In this document: piece by piece, positions 25,640 to 36,479 of the stretch
Layout of the letters: each line of letters starts with the position of its first letter
How positions within the stretch are numbered: the stretch's first letter is position 1
DNA from: Laetmonice hystrix
Taxonomy: Eukaryota
NCBI GenBank assembly: GCA_965235115.1
Contig: OZ249440.1
Location: 32,552,001 to 32,616,000 of the forward strand
Direction of reading: 5' to 3'
DNA: 64,000 nucleotides
The notes under the pieces: model-generated
What the model was told of the DNA's origin: nothing
The model's database searches: none
The model's input: only the letters and a program-made list of their open reading frames with translations
Position numbers and translations under genes: made by a program

Positions 25640-25799
25640 TGGAATATTTCTATGAAGGCGAGTCCCATCTGTTCAAATCCGCCAGTCACCCTGACTAGAG
25701 TGTTGAAGTAGTCCTTATCGGCCAGCAGTGGGTCCGGGGAGGCGTGCGGGAAGATGGGCAAGTTCCAGTAGGACAGACAATAACACGTCGGGATTACCA
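25640..25799 (-). CDS. Coding exon of the receptor guanylyl cyclase / NPR-like gene
   Basis: Acceptor ttttgcAG|TG, donor TTCCA|GTaagc; VIPTCYCLSYWNLPIFPHASPDPLLADKDYFNTLVRVTGGFEQMGLAFIEIF(H), the typical 'WNLPI....L.DK..F.TL.R' ANF_receptor segment. Confidence 0.88.
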
Positions 25800-25818
25800 C
25801 TGCAAAAATGGGCACGAC

Positions 25819-26175
25819 CAGCATGGAGTCAGGGAGCATATCAAAGCCCAGCAGCATGGAGTCAGGGAGCATATCAAAGCCCAGCAGCATGGAGTCAGGA
25901 ACCATTTCATAACCCTACTGCATGGTTTCAGGGGCCATGTCATAACCCTGCAGCATTGAGTAAGGGGGTCATGTCATGGAGGAGGGGGTAAATAAGATGG
26001 AGAAGTCGTTCCCCCTGGAAGAGGGGGTAAATAAGATGGAGAAGTCGTTCACCCTGGAGGAGGGGGTAAATAAGATAGAGAAGTCGTTCACCCTGGAGGA
26101 TGGGATAAATAAGATGGCGAAGTCATTCACCCTGGACGAGGGGCTAAATATGGTGGAAGGATCACTCACCCCTGG
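25819..26175. repeat. Two adjacent intronic minisatellites (30-bp and 39-bp periods)
   Basis: cagcatggagtcagggagcatatcaaagcc x ~4-5; ggaggagggggtaaataagatggagaagtcgttcaccct x ~5. Confidence 0.85.
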
Positions 26176-26680
26176 AACAGGCGGGTCCTATGATCGCCTC
26201 TATTTTCTCTTCCGTGTAGAAGCGGATGATTCCACCTACTCCGACCTTCGGGTTACACTTGCCGTTGTGCCAGAGAATCCTGAAAGCAACCATTGGGATG
26301 TTTCATAAAACGGTGTAGTTAGTCGCACGACTTACTACAGTGTCGCACGATGCTGTCGTGTTTCATAATAAATTATTACTGTAGTGTTACACGATAGAAA
26401 CAACTACCAATGGGTTTACTGTATTTTTTTTTTTTTTTTGATAATTTTTATTTTGGGAATTGGGGTTGAGTCAATGACTGGTCTTCCACCCCCTCCCACT
26501 AAATCACACTACAGATAATACATAGAGAATACGGCTAGCTTCGCTGGAATCCAAGATCATTGTTGAAAATGAAATAATGATGGAATGAGATGGTAAAATT
26601 TCAAACTCCATATAATTATTCTGCGGATACAAACTGTATATTTGTACATCGAAGCTATATACCACTCACGTAACACGGTG

Positions 26681-28609
26681 CTAACCATTCTCTGTATATG
26701 GATTGTTTAATAGATCATCCAACAGCCGTTTAAATTTGGATTTCCTATTGACTAATGTCATTGAAGGAGTTAATCTATTCCACGATTCAGCAGCTCTGTA
26801 GTATATACTTCTATAATATCTTGTATTCTTAATCTTAGGTAGACGGAGACGTTTACCTTCACGTGCTCTTGTTGGTATTTGCCTAAGATCAAGGTTATCT
26901 GGTTTAGAAGCAAGATCATATGCATGAGTTAAAAAATGTTTTTCTCGGCGGCACTCCAGTCTACATATTTTGGCATTTTCATGAAGTGCTTTCGTTGATA
27001 ATCTTTGATCATAAGGAATCAAGTGTTCATTGTAGATTAATCTCAGGGCTCTGTTTTGTATCTTCTGTACTTGTTTATTAGCATATTTGATATTCTGCTC
27101 ATACACCAAATCAGCATAGTCCAATAAAGGCAGCATCGTGCCTTTATATATATTGAGTGCTGCATTGACAGTTAAAAATTTCCTTATCTTGGCAAAGTAA
27201 TTTAACTTCAAATTCAACTGGTTTATTAACTTAGTCCGATGATCATGAAAGGTAAGTCTATTATCGACATAGAGCCCCAAGTATTTATAACAATCAACTT
27301 GTTCAAGCATCTCACCGACGATGTTGAAACTGGCTGTATTGTTAACATTGCCCGAGCCAAAGACCATCCACTGGGTCTTTTTCGTATTTAGAGTTAAAGT
27401 GTTCCTACAACACCAGTCATAAGTAGCTGTTAGGTTTTCCTGCAATACTACAGGATCCGTAGCAAATAAGACTGTGTCATCGGCAAACATATGTAGACCA
27501 TCATTAATAATATGAGGTAGATTATCATTAATAATATGAGGTAGATTGTTTATGTAAATTGAGAACAAAATTGGCCCTAATACGGAGCCTTGTGGTACCC
27601 CGTATTCGATATCTCTGAATGAAGATACATTCCCATCAAGTATAACCCTTTGATACCGATTAGCTAGATAGCTGTTAAACCAATTTCTCAATTTCTCTGG
27701 TAAGCCTATCTCAGTCAGCTTGCTTAATAGTGTGGTATGTGAAACAGAGTCAAAGGCTTTTTTAAGATCTAAATAAATCACATACGTTGACTGAGAGTTG
27801 TTCAAATTGTTATAGATATTGTCAAGTAATGCTGTAATAGCGCTTAAGGTCGATTTTCCTGTACGGAAACCATGTTGTTTTTCAGACAAAATTTCATTTA
27901 GTTCGAGAAATTTGCTTAATCGCTTACTAACAATTCTTTCAAGTATTTTGCCTGGCAGAGGCAGCAACGAGATTGGTCTTAAGTCTACAGCCTCGGTAAC
28001 ACTGGTTTTTTTTGGCAATGGTACAACAGTGCTGCACTTCCAACTATCAGGAAAGGATTCACTTTGAATGGATGCATTGAAGATTTTACATAGCTTATTG
28101 GGTAGATGTAAAAACGCATCTTTATATACCATGCTTTTAATGCCCAAGGCTGATGATTTCTTAATGTCAATCATCCGAATGATTGGTAACAATTCTTCCA
28201 TAGTTATATTTTTTGTTAAATTATTCAGGCCACGCAAGTTACCATTGCACTCATAGGCTTGTATATTATAATTGGGGTAGTGTGCTAAATGCTTTTGAGC
28301 CAAGGTACTGCCAATACTTAAGAAGTATTTATTTATGTAGTCGGGCAACCTATCCTTATCAATAGTAGCATTTTTGTCAGGATCATACAGGGTATTAATA
28401 ACAGTACACTTCGACTCTGGTAGTACCTCGCGAATTTTCTGCCAAAATCGTTTAGGATTATTATAATTCCTGCGTAGTTCATCTTTAATCTTCTCAGCTT
28501 TATAATTTGCAATAGCACTATTCACTCTATTTCTGAGGAATCTAGCAATATTCCATGCATCCTCATTCTGAGTCCTAGCTCTAGCATAAAATGCATCTCT
28601 ATCACGCAT
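26681..28609 (-). CDS. LINE ORF2, reverse transcriptase part
   Basis: DLRPISLLP, QHGFR, YLDLKKAFDSV, GVPQGSVLGPILF, FADD, YKYLG. Confidence 0.95.
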   Translation of the reverse strand: MRDRDAFYARARTQNEDAWNIARFLRNRVNSAIANYKAEKIKDELRRNYNNPKRFWQKIREVLPESKCTVINTLYDPDKNATIDKDRLPDYINKYFLSIGSTLAQKHLAHYPNYNIQAYECNGNLRGLNNLTKNITMEELLPIIRMIDIKKSSALGIKSMVYKDAFLHLPNKLCKIFNASIQSESFPDSWKCSTVVPLPKKTSVTEAVDLRPISLLPLPGKILERIVSKRLSKFLELNEILSEKQHGFRTGKSTLSAITALLDNIYNNLNNSQSTYVIYLDLKKAFDSVSHTTLLSKLTEIGLPEKLRNWFNSYLANRYQRVILDGNVSSFRDIEYGVPQGSVLGPILFSIYINNLPHIINDNLPHIINDGLHMFADDTVLFATDPVVLQENLTATYDWCCRNTLTLNTKKTQWMVFGSGNVNNTASFNIVGEMLEQVDCYKYLGLYVDNRLTFHDHRTKLINQLNLKLNYFAKIRKFLTVNAALNIYKGTMLPLLDYADLVYEQNIKYANKQVQKIQNRALRLIYNEHLIPYDQRLSTKALHENAKICRLECRREKHFLTHAYDLASKPDNLDLRQIPTRAREGKRLRLPKIKNTRYYRSIYYRAAESWNRLTPSMTLVNRKSKFKRLLDDLLNNPYTENG

Positions 28610-29550
28610 TAATTCAAGAATATCGTTATTAATCCATTCAGCTTTTTTTCAGGGATCATCATTTTAATTACAGGGCAAGTATAATCAAGAGCTTTGGTAA
28701 CATTACTATTAAATATCTGCCAAGATACTTCCGGGTCATTGCTAACATCAAATTCAAACCGATCCATTGTATCTAGTAGGTTGCAGAAAACTCTCGGATT
28801 ATATTGTTTATAAGATCGTCCCCACACCTCTTTTTTCTTTATAGATTCTCGCTGTTTTTTCTTAATTAAGTAAATAGGGAGGTGATCACTTATATATTCC
28901 TGTATCACACCAGATGCTTGAATATAATTTATATCTGTGAAAATTAAATCAATTTTTGAGCTAGATGTAGAAGAAATTCGTATGTCCTCATTTATGACTT
29001 GCTTAAGACCAAATCTCTTTTCAAAGCCTTGTATTTTTAATCTACGTATAACACTCATATCGTTATAGTTTATATTATAATCGCCCATTATTACTATCTC
29101 GGCACGTTCTCGATTCAAGTTATTCAATGCTTCAGTTAGGTGGTCAATAAGTACTTGTTGCTTTCCCTCAGGGGGCCTATATACAGACAGTAAGTTTATC
29201 CTCTTCATATTAACCGGGTGTAACTCAATTGCTAACACTTCATAATCAGGAGTGGCTTCCGAAATATTGTGTCCACTCAGTCTATAAGGTATATTATCTT
29301 TTACAAAACAACATATGCCTCCACCTTTTTTGTTCCTAAACGAAGAACGGTCCTGCCTAATCAGATTGTACCCTTCAAATGACAACGCTGAGTCAGGTAC
29401 ATCTTCAGACAACCAAGATTCGGTTATTATAATAACCTCAAATGTATCATACTTTGATTTTATCTCAGGAAATTTGTTTAATAAACTTCTTGAGTTTATA
29501 TGTACCACCTTAAAGCCTTTAGCATTGACAAGATCCTTCAAGTTAACCAT
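28609..29550 (-). CDS. LINE ORF2, AP-endonuclease part (separated from the RT by a frameshift near 28645)
   Basis: HINSRSL, ITESWL, RQDR...GGGIC, VYRPP, MGDYN, IDLIF, ISDHLPI. Confidence 0.93.
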   Translation of the reverse strand: MVNLKDLVNAKGFKVVHINSRSLLNKFPEIKSKYDTFEVIIITESWLSEDVPDSALSFEGYNLIRQDRSSFRNKKGGGICCFVKDNIPYRLSGHNISEATPDYEVLAIELHPVNMKRINLLSVYRPPEGKQQVLIDHLTEALNNLNRERAEIVIMGDYNINYNDMSVIRRLKIQGFEKRFGLKQVINEDIRISSTSSSKIDLIFTDINYIQASGVIQEYISDHLPIYLIKKKQRESIKKKEVWGRSYKQYNPRVFCNLLDTMDRFEFDVSNDPEVSWQIFNSNVTKALDYTCPVIKMMIPEKKLNGLITIFLN

Positions 29551-29764
29551 ATGATAAAATTGTAAGAGGTATCAACACAGCTATATACAACAGTAGCAGT
29601 AACCAATATTGCTTCGATGACATCGTACCAAACTTAGGTAAGCTCAATCGACCTATGTGAAAGTGGATGAACACTGATGATGATAAGTGTGATAATGACA
29701 AACAGCAATCTTGTAGAGTAGACATAGTACTGGATAAGAAGCAGGAACTATGTGGTTGGTAATC

Positions 29765-30418
29765 TTAGTCGGAGTCATTTTCTTTGATACCAATTCTTAG
29801 AGATTTAACCAACTGTTTTGCAAAATATTTGAGAGCCTCATGGCCCATATGGCAGCCATCATACAAATATTTATAACGGTGGGACCATCGATTGCGGCCT
29901 TTATTGTGGTGAATTAGCGTCACAACATTCGGTGTGGAGAGTTTACTTTGATCATTGAACGATGCAATCATCCTGTTAACGGCTGTGATTGTGTGATTCA
30001 TCCTAATCTGACCATCTGCAGTTCCAAGAAGAGAACTGTAAGTATTAATGTCCACACCGAATAGTGGCAACACAATGATTCTAGTGTCAGGTTTGATTTT
30101 TCGAATCCTTGCAACTCCTTGCTCTATAAGGTCTCTGAGTCTCTCAGTGTACTGATCCGGAGTTCCCTGTGGTAAGGTGACCCTTCGAGTTGCTCTATCA
30201 CGCTGTGTCATGTCACATATGCCACCACAGATGCAGACAGTATCGTAGGGACAGTTCAGAAGCAGCTGTGATGCTGTCTCGAAAATCCTAGCCAGTCCAG
30301 CTCCAGGGTTAACAGAAACGTGAACTGTTTCCTTGGTCAATAAATCAATCTGCTCCTGAAGCCCCCTGCCCCTAGAGTCCATGGCTAACAGTATTTTCAT
30401 AGCCCGCTTGTTGCTCAC
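29765..30418 (-). CDS. LINE ORF1 SGNH/GDSL-like esterase domain
   Basis: Block I AMDSRG (GDS-like), PGAG, CGGICD, block V LYDGCH (DxxH); lies directly upstream of ORF2. Confidence 0.75.
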   Translation of the reverse strand: MSNKRAMKILLAMDSRGRGLQEQIDLLTKETVHVSVNPGAGLARIFETASQLLLNCPYDTVCICGGICDMTQRDRATRRVTLPQGTPDQYTERLRDLIEQGVARIRKIKPDTRIIVLPLFGVDINTYSSLLGTADGQIRMNHTITAVNRMIASFNDQSKLSTPNVVTLIHHNKGRNRWSHRYKYLYDGCHMGHEALKYFAKQLVKSLRIGIKENDSD

Positions 30419-30899
30419 AATTATAGTGTGTAACTTACAATTATTGTAATCTAATAAACACTATAATAGGCCTATCGCCTCGCTGACATGTCCTCTATTT
30501 TGTATTGCCATTCATCGACCACCGGGACGGATCGCCATGCCAAGATGACCACTCTGGCGGGTCTCCAGTTCGATCTTCCACCACTTTGGCGTGTCGCCTT
30601 GATCATTTTGACCACCATGATGCGTCACCATGTTGAACCGATGGGGCGTCTTTCCATGGTTATGAGATATCCTTGGCGGGTCGCCTGATTTGTACGACTT
30701 CATTTGCTCAATTCCACCAGCCTTGTTTCCGTACTGCGGGTACCATACATTTCTCGTAATGTTAATTCTTGACTTTGTACACTGAGTCGAAAGATTTATT
30801 TCATTTATTAATTTCTGTGCAACAGATTTATAATACCTGCTGTTTGGTTCAGAGAATCTATAGAAAACTTCCAGATATTCTCAAACTTACGTGATGGAC

Positions 30900-32445
30900 A
30901 GAGGATGATTTCATTTGAACATGATGTAAACTGTCCTAAAATATAATTTTGTGCCAGAATGTCGGCAGCCTGATTAGCTAACTTTGAGGAGTATGATGCT
31001 TCCCAAACGCTGTATGGTTCGTTTTCCCGGCTGTTGGTTTTCCCCTGACTGTTTCAGGTTATCTAGTCAATGAGCCGAGTCAAAGCTCCTGCGGCTTCGC
31101 CGATCTCTTCATCCTCTCAAGAATGGTGGTCCTTAAGCACGTCCATCTCGTTCGGGTGGTGCATCTTTGACTCTGACCCAAAAATTCAGGGAAAACTGTA
31201 TGTTATACTATCCTGGTGAGCCAGGTATCACCTTTACGCTTTTCCAGGGATTTTCCCTCAAGTAGGTTTTATCCCTGGTTTTTGGTGCTGAAGGTTACAC
31301 GGCCCCTAACGGGTCAAGTTGAGGTGTTTGAAAGGTGTTCTAATTTTCCAATGACATTTCACCCAGAAGTTTATGGGCGTTTCTTAAGGCGTAGACCTTT
31401 TCAACCATGACATTATTTTAATTCAGTATGTATCTATTTGCCCGTGAGTGGCCTCGTTCTGTTTACATTCCGAGTTTACAGCTTGAACACTTCATGGTAT
31501 GACTTTCAGGGCTTCCGATTCGGGGGCCACATCCATTTATTCATCTTCCTTTCCTGGTGGCTCCAGCTGTATCTTCGCTCCAGCTTAGTGGCCTTGTATG
31601 TCACCACCTAGTAAAGGGAAATGTCTTCCATTCCTATAATTATTCTGGTGATAAGCAATTACCTTATATCGATTTATGTATTGTTTCTATGTATGGACAA
31701 AACATTGAGCTATTTTACAAACATATGTAAATTGACAGTACGATGAATATAACGTATAGTTTCAAGTTTACATTGATTGCTTCTTGTGAGTCCCCCTAGC
31801 GGGGATCGACGGGTTATGAGATAATAAATGTAACCCATGACAACAGCAATCTGGTTTCACGCCGGGAGCTTTTATGTGGACAAAACGACCTCAATGAGTT
31901 TCTTGTGAAGATTAAATATCCAAACTGCCGATCCTTAAAAGTATCCTGGACTAATTCTACAATTATTGCCTCCATGTTGTTTCCTGTTGAGTTATCCGGA
32001 GAGGGGAGACGGAAGTCGACTCCCAAGTCAGCTGGGAGAGATCTGACCAGTGGTATAAATACGTTCACCAGTCCACGTCACGGTCTCACTGACCACATCG
32101 ACTTCGACACTGCAGCAACTTGTTCGGACAATTGTGTCGGACAATTGTGTCCGAATGTCTGCATTGTTCCACGTTTGGTCGTCATTATACTCCGCCTTCT
32201 ACAGACGGCGTCTAGGGATTATGGGGTAGGAGGGTAGGGTCCTGAGGTCAGCTTGGCTGCTCAGATTTTGGGTTTCGGGAGGGTTAGGGGATGTGTGCCA
32301 CGAGATATGTGATTCTATGGAACGAGGTGGAGAGTAATTCTGTGGGTGGCCTTGTGAGTCCCCCTAGCGGGATGGACGGGTTATGAGATAATAAATGTAA
32401 CCCATGACAACAGCAATCTGGTTTCTGAGTTTTGTCTGCATAAAG
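30900..32445 (+). mobile_element. 3' remnant of a Ngaro/PAT-like (DIRS-order) element related to 53739-59985
   Basis: Direct repeat cttgtgagtccccctagcggg...gtaacccatgacaacagcaatctggtttc at ~31783 and ~32351; shares ttttatccctggttttt, ggtggctccagctgtatct and gcggggatcgacgggtta with the 54-60 kb element. Confidence 0.6.
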
Positions 32446-32476
32446 AATTAACTGTGGGTGCTCAGACTGTAGAGTA

Positions 32477-33125
32477 CAGGGTGACCCAAAAAATAGAACC
32501 CATACTAAGCCTTCTAAAATCTGTAACTCTCCATAGAATTTGTTCAGATTTGGTATTCCTTAACTATGATGTATGCCTAATGTCCTTGCACAGTTTTAGT
32601 CAATTCCAATTCCTGGTTCCGATTTTATGCCTTTTAAAGATATGCTCCAAATGTCCCCCACGTCGTTGTAAGCACACTTGGATTCTGATGGCGGAGTTGT
32701 CAATCACACGCACACATTCCTCACGCGGTGTTGCTCGGCATTCGCGTTGTTATGGTTGTCTTCAGCAGTCAATTGTCTCAGAATTGTTCCCCTCCACCAG
32801 ATGGGGTCTTTCAAAGACCATAATATTCAGTTAAGTGCACAGCTTGGGTAGCCATCTCCAAGCATGGGATAATTGGCCCATATTGGTTTGAAGACGAGAA
32901 CGGTAACTCTGTCATGGTTAATACTGAACGTTACAAGTTCTGGAGAGCTTTGGGGCAGCGACGAGGCATAACAAGGGATGAACAATGGTTCCAGCAAGAT
33001 GGGGCAACTCCCGACACTGCCAATAAGACACTACAGTGGATGCGACAGAGATTTGAGGACAGGCTCTGAGTAGGAGGTGTGACATTGAGTGGGCGGCACA
33101 CTCACCTGACTTGAACCCCCCAGAT
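32477..33125. mobile_element. Degenerate, internally inverted mariner-like transposon
   Basis: TA|cagggtgaccc end; minus-strand C-terminus ECVRVIDN..IRIQVCLQRRGGHLEHI; plus-strand GPYWFEDENG, WFQQDGATP, WAAHSPDLNPPD. Confidence 0.75.
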
Positions 33126-33881
33126 GTTGGAAATGTGGGACCACTGGGCAACAAGCATCAGTTTCCAAGACGGTATAGGATTGATCAGCAAACGGCAGTC
33201 GAGCTATGGGACGCGTATGAAAGAGGAGGGTACTGCACCACTGCACAGGACCCCAGAGCTGGAGGGTTAACTGCCATTCAACGCGTAAGTATATATTGTT
33301 TAATGGTAAAAGGATTGGTATGTAACGAATTTATGACTTAATATATCTGATAAATACCATGTAGTGTTTCCAGCTCTTTGGCATGTAAGATTTATTGAAA
33401 ATTTCAAAATTTTCTCAATGTCGGATATCAGGAAAAAAATTAAATAAACTCTGGCCTCCTAGGGTTTTCATAATAATCGTTGCAAAGAGTTGCAGGGCAA
33501 CACCATGTATCCCATTTCCTTTTTATAACATGGGAGCACCACGAGACCTTTGAAATAAAAGTACTCACATTGTAAACATTGATCTACATTGTAAACATTC
33601 AGCTCCTAGTTACAGCCACCTGTAAATACTGATGACGTCATACAGCCAGATAGGGTCACGTGACATAAATAAAAATGGTGTCAACAAAGAGGTCATATAG
33701 GACTTCCTATATCAGTTCAATGGTAACTTCAGGCCTATCTAGCTTTGTTTTCAAGTTACAGCCAATTGGAAGCGGTAACGGGATAATTATATTATTAATT
33801 TTTTCAGTTCTCTTTGGGGTTGAGGTACCTCGTCACAGGCGCCTCCTACCACACGATACAAAATTTCGAAGGGGTGTCTAA

Positions 33882-35791
33882 AGCGGGTGATCCACTAAGC
33901 CGATTTTGCGCCGATTTTGTGGACGGCCGGTGGTAACCGACGACCGGGCCGGTGGCCGGTTTAGTGGATACACTTTGAACCGGTCCCGGCCCCGCCGTGC
34001 CGGCCATCGGCGACGGTTTGTGGTCGAATTTTGCTGTTCCACTGAGCCGATTCTGCGCCGATTTTTCCACTGCCGGCGGCCGGCCCGGTCTTCTGGTGGT
34101 CAACTTAGCCGCCGGCCTAGTGGATACACTCGTAACCGGCGCTGGTCCCGCCGCCCCGGTGGTCGGCAGTGATAACCGACCGTAACCGGCAAGATTAAAC
34201 ATGTTTGATCGAACCGTTCATGTCACACGGACCAGACAGCGCAATGTCCCTGGAAAAGAACAACTCGGCAGGTCGAGGGACATCCGGCAAGACTACAGAG
34301 GATAGTAGCCACTGTGCTATAGAAATACAGAAGAGGAATCGGTGTGTTTTATAATTGTATATACATGCAATGCCTCTGGAAAAGAACAACTCGGCAAGTG
34401 GAGGGACAGTCGGCAAGACCACAGAGGATAGTGGCCACTGTATTAGAAATTTTATACAGAAGAGCAGTTGGACTCCGCTTGGACTTGACACCGTTTTTAG
34501 ACGTCTACCCCCGTACATCCGCCCCATACGACAATCACCCCCGAGTACAATCTACCCGTACATCTACCGCCTAGGACACCCCCCCCCCCAATACTGTTGG
34601 GCCCCAGGACCCCCCCCCCCCCCCCCATGTATGTAGGGGTGTACGCGCGTGTGTGGGTGTGTTGGGAAAACATTGGGAAAACATGGGCAGCCCATGCAGA
34701 TGGTTTCGAGGTCATGTTTATATTCGGTATTATATTTTGATCCTGCTTTTCGAACTTAAAATTTCTCAAAAATTGTGTCATCGTATAGTTGAAACCAAGG
34801 GGAATCTGATGCTGTAGAATCTACACCTGTCTGGCCTCAATGGATCTGACATATTACATAATATGTTCTAATATTTCATGTGGGTGCGCGTGGGTGTGTG
34901 TGTGTGGGGGGGGGGGGGTATAGAAGATCGGTTATCTTTCAGGATATTTAATATACCTATAAATCCGTGTTTCATCTGTACAATACGATTTACTTAATGC
35001 CATGCAAATCCATTTTTTTTTGGCCTGCCCCCTAACAGTGGCGTACCCAGAAACTGGACCCAGGGGGGTGCTGGAAACAACCAACGTCGTAGGCACTGCA
35101 AATTGGCAACAAGCGCACCAAAAAACAACCCCCCCCCCCCCCAAAAAAAAAAAAAAAAAAAAAATTGGCAAATTGACGGGGGTGCTTAAGCACCCCAAGC
35201 ACCCCCCGCCCTTCGTACGCTACTGCCCTAGAGGGTGTTGGTTCTGGGCTTGCCCAACCGATGGAGTCGCCCTCGACATCACTGTTTTGTGGATACCTAT
35301 AGCGGTTGTGGGGGGAACTTGCGCTCTTGGACCAACTCGCCGGGAGTCAGTGGGCTCGGCGACTCGAAAATATCAAACATGTTTCATTTGAGTCGCAGCC
35401 CCAATCGGCCGAGATCGCCGGACTCGGTGTCGGCCCCAATCGCAGGGAATCGCCGGAAGAAATCGCCAGATGCGTCCCTGCCTTCAGATTTCACTTAAAC
35501 CTTTCAGTATATATTTTTAATCATTTCACTAATTTATTTAGAAACTTTCAATAAAGTGTGAAGGTGTATTTTTGTCTTACTTAACCACTTTCCCGGTGTT
35601 TGATTGTTTGGGTATCTAATTATCTTGTGTTCAGTTGTGCTGGATTTGTCGCCGCCGTTTCAGTGGAAACACCAAAACAGTAGCCGGCGCCGGCTGAAAA
35701 TGATCGCCGATTTCTTAGCCGATTCTTTCCCGACGTTCCCGGCGCCGGCGCCGGGAACGTCGGGAACCGCCGGCTTAGTGGATCACGCCCT
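33882..35791. mobile_element. PIF/Harbinger-like non-autonomous element with nested fragments
   Basis: TIR agcgggtgatccactaagccg / cggcttagtggatcacgccct; TAA on both sides; 35290-35390 recurs inverted at ~49580-49680. Confidence 0.75.
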
Positions 35792-36479
35792 TAAGTCGAC
35801 GGGAAGCCGCTGTGTGGCAAAAGTTGGAGTTTTTTATGACAACCGTCACATGTTTATTATGTGGCCATCCTCAGTGGAAGAGCGTGTTGCCGTTGCTCAA
35901 GGATTCCACCGTCGCTAACAAGCCCAACTGCCTAGGTTGTGTCGACGGGACTGTGGTAAAAACCGTTACTGACAGAGAACACCATGTGTCAGATTGCCGA
36001 CCGTGGAACTGCAGGCATCCTTCAACAACAGGGACCGGAAGTACTGCTCCACTGGTTACATGTCGAGGAATCGTGCGACACTACAACTAATAACTATATT
36101 TTTGATGACAGCACCTATGACGTTTACAAGTGTCGGGCGACAAAATCGTTGATTTACTTACTAACTACATTTCTTGTGGACGGCAATTTTTATGAAATGA
36201 AATTTATTACAGGTCGGGCGAAGATCGTCCAGCCAGTGTCGTCAACATCCGGCAATGACAACTAACGTTTATGAAAGTTCCCACACCCCCGTGCCTGATA
36301 CAGGCCTCAAGGACGGTGAAAGAAACTGATATCGAGTGTGAATCCCTGTGCATGTACCCAGGAGGGCCGTATCTAACCGTCAAATCACTGTTGAGAGTGT
36401 CTAAGTGAAAGTTAAACATGACAATGGGTGAGGTCAAATTCGAAAGTTAAAGCAACGAAAAATAATTATATCACACGGT

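Larger units (their letters stand above)
26423..30700 (-). mobile_element. Nearly full-length CR1/L2-clade LINE with poly(A) tail
   Basis: T-run at 26423-26439 (minus-strand poly-A), RT and APE ORFs, esterase ORF1; 5' boundary approximate. Confidence 0.92.

Noticed and set aside
25728..26308. Repetitive ORFs (EEGVNKMEKSFTL; SPAAWSQG)
   Set aside because: 30- and 39-bp minisatellites, open by chance in several frames on both strands
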